Positions 1 through 9,320 of a stretch of 64,000 nucleotides of DNA are shown piece by piece. A program made the position numbers and the translations under genes. Numbering within the stretch: the stretch's first letter is position 1; each line of letters starts with the position of its first letter. The stretch comes from an uncultured virus (IMG/VR IMGVR_UViG_2634166398_000002) (Duplodnaviria; Heunggongvirae; Uroviricota; Caudoviricetes), in IMG/VR virus record IMGVR_UViG_2634166398_000002; one strand, given 5' to 3'. Under the pieces are notes generated by a model, which saw only the letters and a program-made list of their open reading frames with translations, ran no database searches and had not been told where the DNA came from.

Positions 1-389
1 GTGACATAGTTATCCTCTTTGATTTTAATCACATTTTTAAACTTGTATGGAAGCTTAACTACTTCTTCACCGGCGAATACTCTCCCACCTTCAAGCTCTT
101 TTGCCAATCTGGTTGGAAAATAATTTGACGGATCTAAAGCTGGCGCCCCGAGAATTGAATACATCTCTTTTGAAACAATGTACACTTCTTTTTCGTTTAA
201 ACGCTGTACGTTATTATCATTATTATTTAAAATTTCTTGGATATAACCAGGGAGGGCCTTGTATTTTTCCGCCATCGTAGCTTTTAATTCCTTCACCATA
301 TTGGAATCATCTTTAATATCAATAAGCCTTCCCTCTATTTCAGTTTTTAACTTATAAAGTTTATCCGTTGTCAACAAAACTTCAGACAC
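1..389 (-). CDS. yopQ: 5' part of SroE/YopQ-like protein (runs off window)
   Basis: GTG at 389 after GAGGTG RBS, MSEVLLTTDKLYKLKTEIEG...; directly downstream of the yopP-like gene. Confidence 0.65.
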   Translation of the reverse strand, partial: MSEVLLTTDKLYKLKTEIEGRLIDIKDDSNMVKELKATMAEKYKALPGYIQEILNNNDNNVQRLNEKEVYIVSKEMYSILGAPALDPSNYFPTRLAKELEGGRVFAGEEVVKLPYKFKNVIKIKEDNYV

Positions 390-465
390 ATTATCACCTC
401 ACATAATCATATTAAATTTATCATTATTTTCATAAGCAAGTAAAGCTTTTATATGATTATTTGTA

Positions 466-1524
466 TCACTTGTTCAAAAACATTTTAAGTTTACTCTGTA
501 TATACATGTCTGATTTTAAAAAGAATTCTTTATATTGCTCTAAGGTAACATCATCTAAAAAGGACATGTCTTCTTTTTGATCAACCAAAACCCCTGGATC
601 TTGAGAATAATCCCTTTCATTGTTTAAATAATGATCATTCAAAACATTGATATTGCTGTGACCAGAGAACGCTGCCACTTTTTTAATATCACCATTAACG
701 CTGTAAGAAAAGTTTGTTGCAGTATTGCGTAAACTATGCGGAGTTATCTTTCTTTCTTTGGGAATACCCATAACTCTACATACGCGATTCCACATATCCT
801 GTATTGAATCAACTGTTAACTTATGAAATAACAGTTCATGTTCCCCATACTCTTGCTTTAACAGCAACAACTCTTCATAAAAAGCTGTGGAAATTCCAAC
901 TGGCCTAGCCTTTTTTTGCTTAGTTTTTTTAAAGTTGACGAGATAACATTGATGCTTTTCTGAATAAGTAATATCATCCCACCCAACTCTAAGCACCTCT
1001 GATTTACGCCCTCCAGTACGTGCACTAAACAAAATAAACATCTTTTTCATTAATCTGTTCTGACGCTCAGTAACATACGCTGCTTCAGCAAATTCATCAG
1101 CTTCCGATATTCCTTCAAAAGAGCCTGCTGGATTCTTTTCTGTTGGAAGAGGCCTAAAATTAAATACAGATGCATCACACTCATGTTCAGATTCAAGATA
1201 CTTAATCATACTTTTCAGTGCGGCAATCTTGTTGTTAATTGTTGAATTGGAGTTACTTTTATTTTTAGCCAAATGGGTTCGATAATCATACAGGTCACTC
1301 TTCTTGATCGCCAGGTCACTCTCAGTTAAATATTCAATATCCTTGGCAGCATAGTGGTTGAAAAATTCTCTTATATGCCTTTCATACGTGGCTCTAGTAT
1401 TAGACTTTTCAATTTCTCCAGTTTTTTGATCCCTGTTTCTTAAATCTAATTCATCAAACCACCTATTTATGTTGTTGAATATTGAATAATCCCTTAGTGT
1501 TGACGCTTTCTTTTGAGCTTCCAT
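466..1524 (-). CDS. yopP: Tyrosine recombinase-fold protein (SroD/YopP-like)
   Basis: GGRKSE, KTK, HSLR, SGH, DHY catalytic motifs; position in sro operon. Confidence 0.8.
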   Translation of the reverse strand: MEAQKKASTLRDYSIFNNINRWFDELDLRNRDQKTGEIEKSNTRATYERHIREFFNHYAAKDIEYLTESDLAIKKSDLYDYRTHLAKNKSNSNSTINNKIAALKSMIKYLESEHECDASVFNFRPLPTEKNPAGSFEGISEADEFAEAAYVTERQNRLMKKMFILFSARTGGRKSEVLRVGWDDITYSEKHQCYLVNFKKTKQKKARPVGISTAFYEELLLLKQEYGEHELLFHKLTVDSIQDMWNRVCRVMGIPKERKITPHSLRNTATNFSYSVNGDIKKVAAFSGHSNINVLNDHYLNNERDYSQDPGVLVDQKEDMSFLDDVTLEQYKEFFLKSDMYIQSKLKMFLNK

Positions 1525-1533
1525 AATGACACC

Positions 1534-1698
1534 TCATATCATTTTTTTCATTAAGTATTGATCAAATTCTTTCCACGCAACAATCCATTCGTTTTCACCG
1601 TGATTATTACTCAGCAGCATTATATTGGCGTTACAGATTTCCATTTGAGTTAACATGTCGTATTCTTTAAGAGCGTTAATTAAGATGTCTGTATTCAT
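1534..1698 (-). CDS. 54-aa sro-operon protein (not in ORF track)
   Basis: AGGTGTG RBS; MNTDILINALKEYDMLTQMEICN...KKMI*. Confidence 0.65.
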   Translation of the reverse strand: MNTDILINALKEYDMLTQMEICNANIMLLSNNHGENEWIVAWKEFDQYLMKKMI

Positions 1699-1736
1699 TT
1701 TATCACACCTAATTTATTTTTATCCTATAATAAAAT

Positions 1737-1967
1737 TCAGCTTAGGACATTTACCCTCTCGTCCAAACAGACGTTTATAATTGGCATCCCCGTCAATTCC
1801 TCATAAAGCTCCTCTTCGAACCCAACCCATTCATCACTTGTTGCTTCTCTTCGTAAGAACTCATTATAAGCAACTGCTATCTCAGGTTGCTCTAGAAATT
1901 TTAAAACGATCATATGCTTTTTCCAAACTTTAGCCTTGTTTTCTTCTGTGTAATATTTATTATTCAT
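1737..1967 (-). CDS. sroB: SroB / phi3T_93-like MazE-binding protein
   Basis: N-terminus MNNKYYTEENKAKVWKKHMIVLKFLEQP matches recalled phi3T_93; position after aimX. Confidence 0.75.
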   Translation of the reverse strand: MNNKYYTEENKAKVWKKHMIVLKFLEQPEIAVAYNEFLRREATSDEWVGFEEELYEELTGMPIINVCLDERVNVLS

Positions 1968-1980
1968 TTAATTTTACTCC

Positions 1981-2193
1981 TTAAATGCATTTTATAGAAT
2001 TCTTTTGATCTTTAATGAGGTTGTATTCTTTATGGTTTTTTCTCATTGTAGTTACATTATTAGGTGTAAACACATCTGGATCCTCTAGGTGGAGATTGAC
2101 TCGTGTGAAGTTCTTTAGTTGTTTTATGTATTGATATTGTCTTAATGATGTAATCTTCAACTCTTCTTTTTGAGTGGCACTGGCTGTTTCCAT
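1981..2193 (-). CDS. First sro-operon gene (SroA position), hypothetical
   Basis: AGGAG RBS then ATG at 2193; synteny. Confidence 0.6.
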   Translation of the reverse strand: METASATQKEELKITSLRQYQYIKQLKNFTRVNLHLEDPDVFTPNNVTTMRKNHKEYNLIKDQKNSIKCI

Positions 2194-2229
2194 TGTTTCA
2201 TCTCCTAACAACGTTCATCTTGTAACTTC

Positions 2230-2258
2230 ATTATATATGTTACCACAATAATATGCAA
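2230..2258 (-). promoter_or_regulatory. SigA promoter of the sro operon
   Basis: TTGCAT-17 bp-TATAAT on minus strand. Confidence 0.7.
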
Positions 2259-2342
2259 TGATTTATTTTATTTTTATTCAAGACAAAAAACACATCCCCT
2301 ACGTATGTGTTAAAATGTCTGCTAATTTGTCTTTAATCCTCA

Positions 2343-2498
2343 TTAGGATACCTTTGCTTTATATTTTGATCTAACCATTTCTGCTTCATTTTCAAGATGA
2401 TTATCTTCCTGGGAAATTTCAAGATTAATAGGTGCCATTTCTTCGTAACCTTTGGCCATGTCTTCATAAGAAAGTGCTTGTGAGAAACGCTTTTTCAT
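2343..2498 (-). CDS. aimX: AimX, MazE-mimic lysis-promoting protein (51 aa, not in ORF track)
   Basis: MKKRFSQALSYEDMAKGYEEMAPINLEISQEDNHLENEAEMVRSKYKAKVS; GYxEMAxINL resembles the MazE C-terminus; GGGGG RBS. Confidence 0.9.
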   Translation of the reverse strand: MKKRFSQALSYEDMAKGYEEMAPINLEISQEDNHLENEAEMVRSKYKAKVS

Positions 2499-2510
2499 TT
2501 TAATTCCCCC

Positions 2511-2547
2511 ATGTTCTTGTTTTTTATATTATGAATTTCTGGAACAT
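2511..2547. promoter_or_regulatory. AimR operator
   Basis: ATGTTC-N25-GAACAT inverted repeat just upstream of aimX; 6-bp arms with 25-bp spacer is the known AimR site geometry. Confidence 0.85.
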
Positions 2548-2560
2548 TCTCTTAAAATTA

Positions 2561-2592
2561 GAAAAGACGCCTGATCCACTGGATCAAACGTC
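2561..2592 (-). terminator. Intrinsic terminator between aimP and aimX
   Basis: AGACG-cc-TGATCC-act-GGATCA-aa-CGTCT hairpin followed by a U-run on the minus strand. Confidence 0.75.
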
Positions 2593-2628
2593 TAACCATT
2601 GATTATGTAGTATCGCTGTTGTGATTTT

Positions 2629-2760
2629 TTAAGCCCCTCGAATAATGCTTGCTACACTAATTTCATCGTTTGGAGCTGCAGTGCTTACTGATTTTTGTCC
2701 TGCAACAAAAGATAATGCCAGAGCCGCAATAATAGCTACACCTAAAATCGTTTTTTTCAA
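2629..2760 (-). CDS. aimP: AimP arbitrium pre-peptide (43 aa), mature peptide SIIRGA
   Basis: MKKTILGVAIIAALALSFVAGQKSVSTAAPNDEISVA-SIIRGA*; signal peptide plus C-terminal RGA hexapeptide; follows aimR. Confidence 0.93.
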   Translation of the reverse strand: MKKTILGVAIIAALALSFVAGQKSVSTAAPNDEISVASIIRGA

Positions 2761-2789
2761 CAACCTCACCCCCTTTCAATAGCATCAAT

Positions 2790-3935
2790 CTAAATTGAAA
2801 TAAGACTTAACAGTTCTGTGTCCGCGCCCATTTTTTTAAGTTCAATCAAGGGCAATTGAACTGAATATTTGTCATCTGATTTTTTGAAACAGCGTATAGA
2901 TTTATAAAAATCAGATTTATCTACAGATATTAAACCTCTATAATAAAAATAAAATCCCATCTCATTCTCATCTTGTTCTCTTATTGATAACTCATTTAAA
3001 ATCTCATTAGCTTTATCAACTTCGCCTTTTCGTATATGATGGTATGCTCTCAATTGCAAGTATTTAGTGTGCTGTGATTCATAATTCACCCATAAATTCT
3101 CTTTGTTCCAAAAGCTTGCAAGAAAACATAATGCTCCGTCTAACATCTCTTTATGAATTGTGTTGCTTGCATACTTAGCACCATTAATATATGATCGCTT
3201 GGCCTCTTCAAAATTTTCGAATATGAAAGAGTTTCCGATTGTTAAATATGCAAAAAAACAAATCCTATCCACGTTCGTAGTTTCAGTGGCATATAAACAA
3301 TATTTTCTTGCTTCAATTAAATTGTTCTCATTGAAGCTTATATTAGCTTTCAACAAGCTTACTCTGGAGGTGTATAAACCTTTTATGTAACCGTCTGATA
3401 ATCCTTGAAAATCCAGCAATTTTGCTGTGCTTTTCATTAATCCAAATTCACCGATCTTTAGGTATTCATACATTAACATTGCATTTGAGAAAAATATCAT
3501 TTCTGCTGTTTTGCATTTTCCAGTTTCCCTGATTGCTTCAGTTAAGGATATCTTGTTTTCTGTTAACTTTCTATGTATATTATAGGTCTTACCCCATTCT
3601 TTACTTGTCGCATTTTTCGAATTGCATAAATTTAAAATTATTTTATCAGTTAATGCATTCCACTGATTTAAATCCGCATATTCAACAGATTGTCTAGCAC
3701 ATTTTTTATTGGGATCCAATGATAAAAAATAATCGCTTAGAAGTTGCTCTTCATTATCAGGAAATAAGCTTTTAACAATATTAATTAAACCGCCTAAGTT
3801 GTCCATTTCTTTCTCTGGGGTGTTGATGAATTTGTAAAAACCATTAACCTTTTCGTACCCTGCTATTTTTGAGAGTTTCGCTGCGAGCTGGTTGTCTTTT
3901 TCACATTCATTCTTAATCATCTGCTTAAGATTCAT
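2790..3935 (-). CDS. aimR: AimR arbitrium receptor (HTH + TPR, RRNPP family), phi3T type
   Basis: 381 aa, closely resembles recalled phi3T AimR; upstream of aimP. Confidence 0.95.
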   Translation of the reverse strand: MNLKQMIKNECEKDNQLAAKLSKIAGYEKVNGFYKFINTPEKEMDNLGGLINIVKSLFPDNEEQLLSDYFLSLDPNKKCARQSVEYADLNQWNALTDKIILNLCNSKNATSKEWGKTYNIHRKLTENKISLTEAIRETGKCKTAEMIFFSNAMLMYEYLKIGEFGLMKSTAKLLDFQGLSDGYIKGLYTSRVSLLKANISFNENNLIEARKYCLYATETTNVDRICFFAYLTIGNSFIFENFEEAKRSYINGAKYASNTIHKEMLDGALCFLASFWNKENLWVNYESQHTKYLQLRAYHHIRKGEVDKANEILNELSIREQDENEMGFYFYYRGLISVDKSDFYKSIRCFKKSDDKYSVQLPLIELKKMGADTELLSLISI

Positions 3936-4107
3936 TGGTTACTCCACCCCTTCCCAACTAATGTTCCCTTGTTTATAATATACATTAGAGTTGTCAGAAT
4001 TACAAGTATTTATTTTATTTTTATTCTAATTATTTTTTAAGGACTCCTTATCTGTGTAAAATTCGTATTTTATAAAGACATGATCCTCTTAATAGAGGTC
4101 ATGTCAG

Positions 4108-4677
4108 TTACTTGTATTGGTAATAAAGACCCTTCTTGTTTAGCTTTTCAATCACTTCATCTTTGAATGGTATATCTCCGAGAATTGCATATCTAACTGT
4201 ATAATTCCCTACTTTGATATCTTGAAAAGACAGATTGGATTTTGTTTTCTTGATTTCTGAGTCTGGTTGTCGCCTAAAGAGTAAACTCCTTCTGTATTCT
4301 TTAAAGTCATTTATTTCGCATTCATTCACTTTTACAAAATGTTCTATTAATCGTTCCATTTTTTCCTTACTCGAATACAATTGTGTGAAACCAAAGTGAT
4401 GAAAAGCATGACAGTTTGCACAAATTAAATTTAACCCAAGTAATTTAACAACAATATTTTCAAAGTCGTAATGGTCAATCTCATGAAGGTGAAGATTCCG
4501 CATTTCGTCTTGCTGAGGAGAAAATCCACAAATACAACATACAGGTACCTCTTTTTTTAATATATAATCCCTAATTCTATACCAAAGTGATTGACCTACT
4601 GCTTTCCTTACAGTGCTACCATGAAATAAAGAAGGTTTTGCATCAATTTTCAGCTTGTAGTCTAAGTATTTATCCAT
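4108..4677 (-). CDS. HNH endonuclease-like protein
   Basis: CCICG...HLHEIDH...NLICANCHAFHH Zn/HNH motifs. Confidence 0.7.
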   Translation of the reverse strand: MDKYLDYKLKIDAKPSLFHGSTVRKAVGQSLWYRIRDYILKKEVPVCCICGFSPQQDEMRNLHLHEIDHYDFENIVVKLLGLNLICANCHAFHHFGFTQLYSSKEKMERLIEHFVKVNECEINDFKEYRRSLLFRRQPDSEIKKTKSNLSFQDIKVGNYTVRYAILGDIPFKDEVIEKLNKKGLYYQYK

Positions 4678-4696
4678 ATGTCTCCATTCAACACAA

Positions 4697-5146
4697 TTAT
4701 TTTTTTATAAATTCATTAAAAAGAGTGATTCTATTCGCATTTTTCACTCCTGATGTAAACTTGTTCTGGAATTCTTGCCAAGTGCCATCATCTAATGACA
4801 ATTCTTCTAGTTTTGTTTGTGTTAATGAATTAAATTTTTCTCTTGAAACCTCCGCGCTAAAATCGTTTCCACCAAACTTTAAATCGATAGCTATAACCTG
4901 AACAAATGGGTACTTCCTAAGCAATCTTGCAGTTTCTTCAACAATTAATTTTTCAATTTTAGACTGTGTAAAATAGTTTTCATAATCTGATTTACTTACA
5001 TTGAAATCATATTCAAATGCTTCTTCAAAGGATTGATAATAATTAATGAGCAGTGTTTCCTGTGCTTCAATATATGCAGCAGATTTAATGAAATTTTTCC
5101 CTGTGATTACTTCCAAATAGCTCTGTAAATCCTCTAGGTTATTCAT
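4697..5146 (-). CDS. Hypothetical acidic protein
   Basis: GGAGG RBS before ATG 5146; ORF track. Confidence 0.65.
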   Translation of the reverse strand: MNNLEDLQSYLEVITGKNFIKSAAYIEAQETLLINYYQSFEEAFEYDFNVSKSDYENYFTQSKIEKLIVEETARLLRKYPFVQVIAIDLKFGGNDFSAEVSREKFNSLTQTKLEELSLDDGTWQEFQNKFTSGVKNANRITLFNEFIKK

Positions 5147-5222
5147 ACTTAATTCCTCCAACAATTTTTTGATTTTATATTTAAATGTTTCCCAATACAC
5201 TTAGTAAAAGACGACTCTTTCT

Positions 5223-5354
5223 TCAAAGCCGCTTCCATTCAACATACTCAAATCGTTGCTGATAAAGGTCTTCCAGGATTGTGACCCATTCCACCCAGCC
5301 CTCAGCAACAATACTTTTCTTCTCCCCATCCTCAATCCATTCAATCCAGTACAC
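5223..5354 (-). CDS. yopG: YopG-like 43-aa Trp-rich protein
   Basis: MYWIEWIEDGEKKSIVAEGWVEWVTILEDLYQQRFEYVEWKRL; size and synteny. Confidence 0.7.
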   Translation of the reverse strand: MYWIEWIEDGEKKSIVAEGWVEWVTILEDLYQQRFEYVEWKRL

Positions 5355-5365
5355 CTGTACACTCC

Positions 5366-5581
5366 TCACCTAGTAATAACTTCAATTTGTCTTATGGCAG
5401 AAGTGACTTTAAACTCTGTATGTAGCTCGTTTGCGATCACTAAAGCTTCTGACATTGTAGTAAATTTAGAAGCACCATGAAGCCCCTTAGACACTACATA
5501 ACCACTGCCTTCTAATTTAAATGACTTGAAGTATTCATCATTTTCAAATTGAATAACAAAAAAGATATCGATAACCGGCAT
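5366..5581 (-). CDS. yopF: YopF-like protein
   Basis: 71 aa, between yopE-like and yopG-like genes. Confidence 0.6.
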   Translation of the reverse strand: MPVIDIFFVIQFENDEYFKSFKLEGSGYVVSKGLHGASKFTTMSEALVIANELHTEFKVTSAIRQIEVITR

Positions 5582-5583
5582 AG

Positions 5584-5835
5584 CTAACTCCTCTTCAGCA
5601 GACCAGCAATTTTTATGGCCAGTGGCAGCAATCCAATCAGTATGTAAAACACCATGATATTTATTTTATTCTTAAAGAACAGTTCAATCATATTCTGCTC
5701 CATACCTGGTGAAAATGAATCAATCAGTTCCTGCTTAAACTCTTCATCATAAACCTGATCAACAAACAGGGCCTTAAATCCCGTTAGAAAGCCAACACCG
5801 AGCCAGAGTATTAAGAAATATGCTATTCCAATCAA
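5584..5835 (-). CDS. yopE: YopE-like membrane protein
   Basis: 83 aa, two hydrophobic segments, synteny. Confidence 0.6.
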   Translation of the reverse strand: MIGIAYFLILWLGVGFLTGFKALFVDQVYDEEFKQELIDSFSPGMEQNMIELFFKNKINIMVFYILIGLLPLAIKIAGLLKRS

Positions 5836-5905
5836 ATTAAAGCCCTCCTTATATACATCGTCTGGTATTATAGTAGTGTTAAATACTTTGTGTAGGTGAA
5901 ATTTA

Positions 5906-6088
5906 ATGGAAGAGAAAGATTTTGAGACTAATGGCTACGATGTAACAGTTGTATATGATTATAAGGAGTATCCCGATGTTAAATATGGACGCTGTGACAA
6001 CTGTGATTACGCTTTATTTAAGAGTTCAGTGAAAAGCGGTGTGTTTTTACGTGAGTGTCGTAGGTGTGGTATGAAAAAGAGCATTTAG
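5906..6088 (+). CDS. Small Zn-ribbon protein
   Basis: CDNC...CRRC; AGGTG RBS. Confidence 0.6.
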   Translation: MEEKDFETNGYDVTVVYDYKEYPDVKYGRCDNCDYALFKSSVKSGVFLRECRRCGMKKSI

Positions 6089-6103
6089 TTTAATGCTCTT
6101 TTT
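6075..6103. terminator. Bidirectional terminator
   Basis: AAAAAGAGCATT...AATGCTCTTTTT between convergent ORFs. Confidence 0.65.
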
Positions 6104-6114
6104 AGCATTGCTTT

Positions 6115-6891
6115 TCAGGATCTCATTTCCTTTAGAAACCTTATTGAACCAATTGTATTCCATAATTTTAATACATCTATTTTTGTCCATTCATATGGAT
6201 CATCTCGTCCATGTAGTACCCAATTGCGATTAATTATTTCAGTTCTTGCATCTTCGAAGCTGTGTTTTTTAAAAAGCGCTTCAGTCAAAAACGTGTACAT
6301 AGAATATGAAGCATATGCTAAAAATTTATCCTTTTCATCAATTTGTGTTTTAAAGTCCCTAAATAAGTACTTTCCGAATTTTTCCGAGTCAACTAACTCG
6401 CTCATTTCGCCTTCAATAATTGCAATTAATGCAGGAATTGAAATCTTATATTTGTCAGTATGATAAAGATCAAAAGATATTTCTAAAAGGTTGTTCCATT
6501 TACTATTTTCGTTATTCAACAAAGAATCTTTTAGTCTTCTTAGTTCTCTATATTCGTCTTTTTCATAATAAGTTTCAAATTGAATATCAAGTTGATTTGA
6601 AGATAACAACAAATTTTTTTCATCAAAATACAAATCTGTGGAAATATCAGCCGTCATTGTCCAACCATTTAGTGAGTTATGATTGATTATCTTACCTAAC
6701 ATTTCATAATCCACGGGAAATTTTTGATCCCCTATTAAATCAGTTAAAGCACTTTTTAATTTTTCTTCAAGTATATTATAAGGACTTTTAATGCCTATTT
6801 TAATAGTCTCTAATTTTTTGCGATGTTCCAAAAACCCTCTATCTAAAATATCTTTTACTTGAGCAGTGCCACGAATTGAACTTCCCTTCAA
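6115..6891 (-). CDS. Putative HEPN-domain protein
   Basis: C-terminal RNWVLH (Rx4H) in a helical context; GGAGGAG RBS. Confidence 0.6.
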   Translation of the reverse strand: MKGSSIRGTAQVKDILDRGFLEHRKKLETIKIGIKSPYNILEEKLKSALTDLIGDQKFPVDYEMLGKIINHNSLNGWTMTADISTDLYFDEKNLLLSSNQLDIQFETYYEKDEYRELRRLKDSLLNNENSKWNNLLEISFDLYHTDKYKISIPALIAIIEGEMSELVDSEKFGKYLFRDFKTQIDEKDKFLAYASYSMYTFLTEALFKKHSFEDARTEIINRNWVLHGRDDPYEWTKIDVLKLWNTIGSIRFLKEMRS

Positions 6892-6911
6892 TTTAGACTC
6901 ACTCCTCCAAA

Positions 6912-7007
6912 TTATTTAAATAAACTATTTGGCAGACCTTCACCGTCAATCGTTGGATCAATACAGTCCCATGCAAAATTTTCAAAGTTCCTTACTACTA
7001 CCGGCAT
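6912..7007 (-). CDS. 31-aa ORF upstream of the HEPN gene
   Basis: GGGGGAGGTG RBS; MPVVVRNFENFAWDCIDPTIDGEGLPNSLFK*. Confidence 0.4.
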   Translation of the reverse strand: MPVVVRNFENFAWDCIDPTIDGEGLPNSLFK

Positions 7008-7148
7008 GGCACCTCCCCCCCAAAAAATATCTTATTCAATTTAACACAAAGCTTGAAGCTTCATTTCAATCTATAAGTTATATTTATCTTTTCTTAAAAA
7101 GATTTTATCAGTTTTAAGGTGGAAAAATTCAGTGAGATCCGACGAATC

Positions 7149-7373
7149 TTATTTAATCCAATAAGCTGGTGGAACGCTCAATACTTGGCAGTGTTCATCT
7201 AAGTAAGCATGTTTCCTTTCCCAATCACTTTTCATCCACGATTCTTGATTTGAGTATGATGGATCTTTTGGTTTTGGATAGTCTCCATTTACCCAACCAT
7301 TTTCAATATGATTTAGTTTCGCTTCGCTGCCTTCATCATTGTATTTATACCAAACTGTAATCATTTTTACCAT
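7149..7373 (-). CDS. Hypothetical protein
   Basis: ORF track, co-oriented with array. Confidence 0.6.
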   Translation of the reverse strand: MVKMITVWYKYNDEGSEAKLNHIENGWVNGDYPKPKDPSYSNQESWMKSDWERKHAYLDEHCQVLSVPPAYWIK

Positions 7374-7412
7374 CTATTCACCGACTTCCTTTGAAATCAA
7401 ATCGTAGTTTTA

Positions 7413-8009
7413 TCATTTTACTATTCGTAAAAACAATGATCCCGACCAGGAAAATTTCAACATGCTCAAATCATGCTCTATCTTAATGATGTAAGACCGC
7501 AACCTCATTCTAATATCGTCTGTTTTCATTTCTGACGAATTGTATTTTCTTGTTAACTCAACTATATTCTTTAACAATTCTCTGTGCTCTTTTTTATAAT
7601 CAACCCCTTTATTTTGAGCAATTTTTTCAAGGAATTGCAAATATTCAGAAGGGATTGTCTGATTATAAGTAATGTAGTTTTCAATTTTATATAGAGATGT
7701 TTTTATTGAAACTAAGGCATCTTCAATTAATGAATCGTAAATTTTTAAAGAAAAAAACAAAATCAATTGATAAGTAGTGTAAGAAAAAATCATATCTCTC
7801 GTAGAAGAGAAGACAGTACCATCGGCTACATATCCTAAAATTTTCATTACAATTAAAGAACCCAAGTATGCTTCAAATAAATATATTAAGATATTAACAA
7901 TTAGACGTAATACAAAGAAAGGATATTTGTTCTTGATGTAAAGGCAAAATAACAAAAGTGCCAATATTATAAATATCTTGTTACTAATGATTCCTATTAA
8001 TAATTGCAA
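7413..8009 (-). CDS. Hypothetical membrane protein
   Basis: About 3 N-terminal hydrophobic helices; AT-rich. Confidence 0.6.
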   Translation of the reverse strand: MQLLIGIISNKIFIILALLLFCLYIKNKYPFFVLRLIVNILIYLFEAYLGSLIVMKILGYVADGTVFSSTRDMIFSYTTYQLILFFSLKIYDSLIEDALVSIKTSLYKIENYITYNQTIPSEYLQFLEKIAQNKGVDYKKEHRELLKNIVELTRKYNSSEMKTDDIRMRLRSYIIKIEHDLSMLKFSWSGSLFLRIVK

Positions 8010-8059
8010 TCAATCACTTCCATTTTTATATTTGGATGAAAGACTGGTTTCATTTCAAC

Positions 8060-8533
8060 TTAATCAATCCTTGAGAACAGCTCGTTCATTACTCTGTCCG
8101 GATCAATACCATTACTATCTAGATTCTTACTTAGCTGCTCCAATAATAGGGCAATCTCTTCTCGATTAAATTTAATTTCTTCCTTGTCTAAGTCTAATAA
8201 CATTTCTAATGACTTCATAACTTTAACAATTTGGACTGGTGAAAGATTTAGTTCGACTTCCTGTTCCCTGTCGGTTGCAACAGGAACAGATAATAAAGAA
8301 GAAGGGACTTTTAAGCTTCTGCTTCCGAAAAGAATTCTTACCATTTGGCCGTTCAATTCGTAATACTTGCCTTCTAGTTTTCCTTGAGAACCTTTTTTTC
8401 TTATCAAGGCAGCTTTATCTGATGGCCTATTATAATAATTATCATGCAGCATAACTACAGTACCAGCAGACAAATTTTGTTTTTCTTCATCAGAAAGCTC
8501 GCTTATTTTAACCCATTCTTTATCACTAGCCAA
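8060..8533 (-). CDS. Hypothetical protein
   Basis: ORF track; GGTGGG RBS. Confidence 0.65.
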   Translation of the reverse strand: MASDKEWVKISELSDEEKQNLSAGTVVMLHDNYYNRPSDKAALIRKKGSQGKLEGKYYELNGQMVRILFGSRSLKVPSSLLSVPVATDREQEVELNLSPVQIVKVMKSLEMLLDLDKEEIKFNREEIALLLEQLSKNLDSNGIDPDRVMNELFSRID

Positions 8534-8545
8534 TTAAAACCCACC

Positions 8546-8863
8546 TTAATTGTATTTTTCAATGATTCTTGAAGCAGCGTCATTAAAAGCTGTTTCTGGA
8601 CACTCAGAATTAAAAATATTTAACAACTTTTCTTCAGTGAATTCCCTTTTCATATCCGCAATCATTTGGTTTTCACAGTCATAAGAATTAAAACTTAAAT
8701 GAGCTAAATCACTGAGCGAAGATGATTCTCCTACTGGGATTTGTAATTCGATTTGCTGGGGATCATACATATAAAAACCTCCGATGTATTTAAAGCTTTT
8801 GGATTCATCCATCCTTTTAATTGTCGAGTCGTCTAAATTCAACTCTGATATGAATCTATACAT
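8546..8863 (-). CDS. Hypothetical protein
   Basis: AAGGAG RBS before ATG 8863. Confidence 0.6.
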   Translation of the reverse strand: MYRFISELNLDDSTIKRMDESKSFKYIGGFYMYDPQQIELQIPVGESSSLSDLAHLSFNSYDCENQMIADMKREFTEEKLLNIFNSECPETAFNDAASRIIEKYN

Positions 8864-8902
8864 TATGCACTCTCCTTTTTTAATCAAGATGAAAGAATGA
8901 TT

Positions 8903-9292
8903 TTATTCAGTAACACCATATTCATATTCAAGGTTGTATGTTGCTATTTCGTGTACTCCTATATCCCCTGCAAAGTTTCCACCCTCATGTTCCTGTTGTA
9001 AATAAACCTCTTTATCTTTTTCGAAGATTTCTCTTGCTTCATCTAATTCAGTTACTGCTTGCGAACCCATTCGATCTGTTACAGTAAAAACTAAGCACCG
9101 TTTTAGCTCGGTACCATCTTTAAGGACTACATCTGCCATGACGTACCCATTTGGCTTTAGTTCGCCAATTTCATTACGTCTTTTATCGATTGCCTCTTGG
9201 AGAACCACTGAAACAGTATTGTTATCGGACTTACTTAAAGCCATTTCTAATTCTTCGATTTCCTCAAGTAGCACTTGAATTTCCTCTCTCAT
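8903..9292 (-). CDS. Hypothetical acidic protein
   Basis: ORF track, RBS. Confidence 0.65.
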   Translation of the reverse strand: MREEIQVLLEEIEELEMALSKSDNNTVSVVLQEAIDKRRNEIGELKPNGYVMADVVLKDGTELKRCLVFTVTDRMGSQAVTELDEAREIFEKDKEVYLQQEHEGGNFAGDIGVHEIATYNLEYEYGVTE

Positions 9293-9320
9293 TTTTCATC
9301 TCTCCTTTTTAATATACGCC

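Noticed and set aside
466..1524. Prophage integrase and att site
   Set aside because: SPbeta-like phages typically integrate with a separate recombinase at the prophage end; this gene sits in the sro operon and no host junction is visible
3961..3997. Second AimR operator upstream of aimR
   Set aside because: ATGTTC half-site is present but there is no GAACAT at 25-bp spacing
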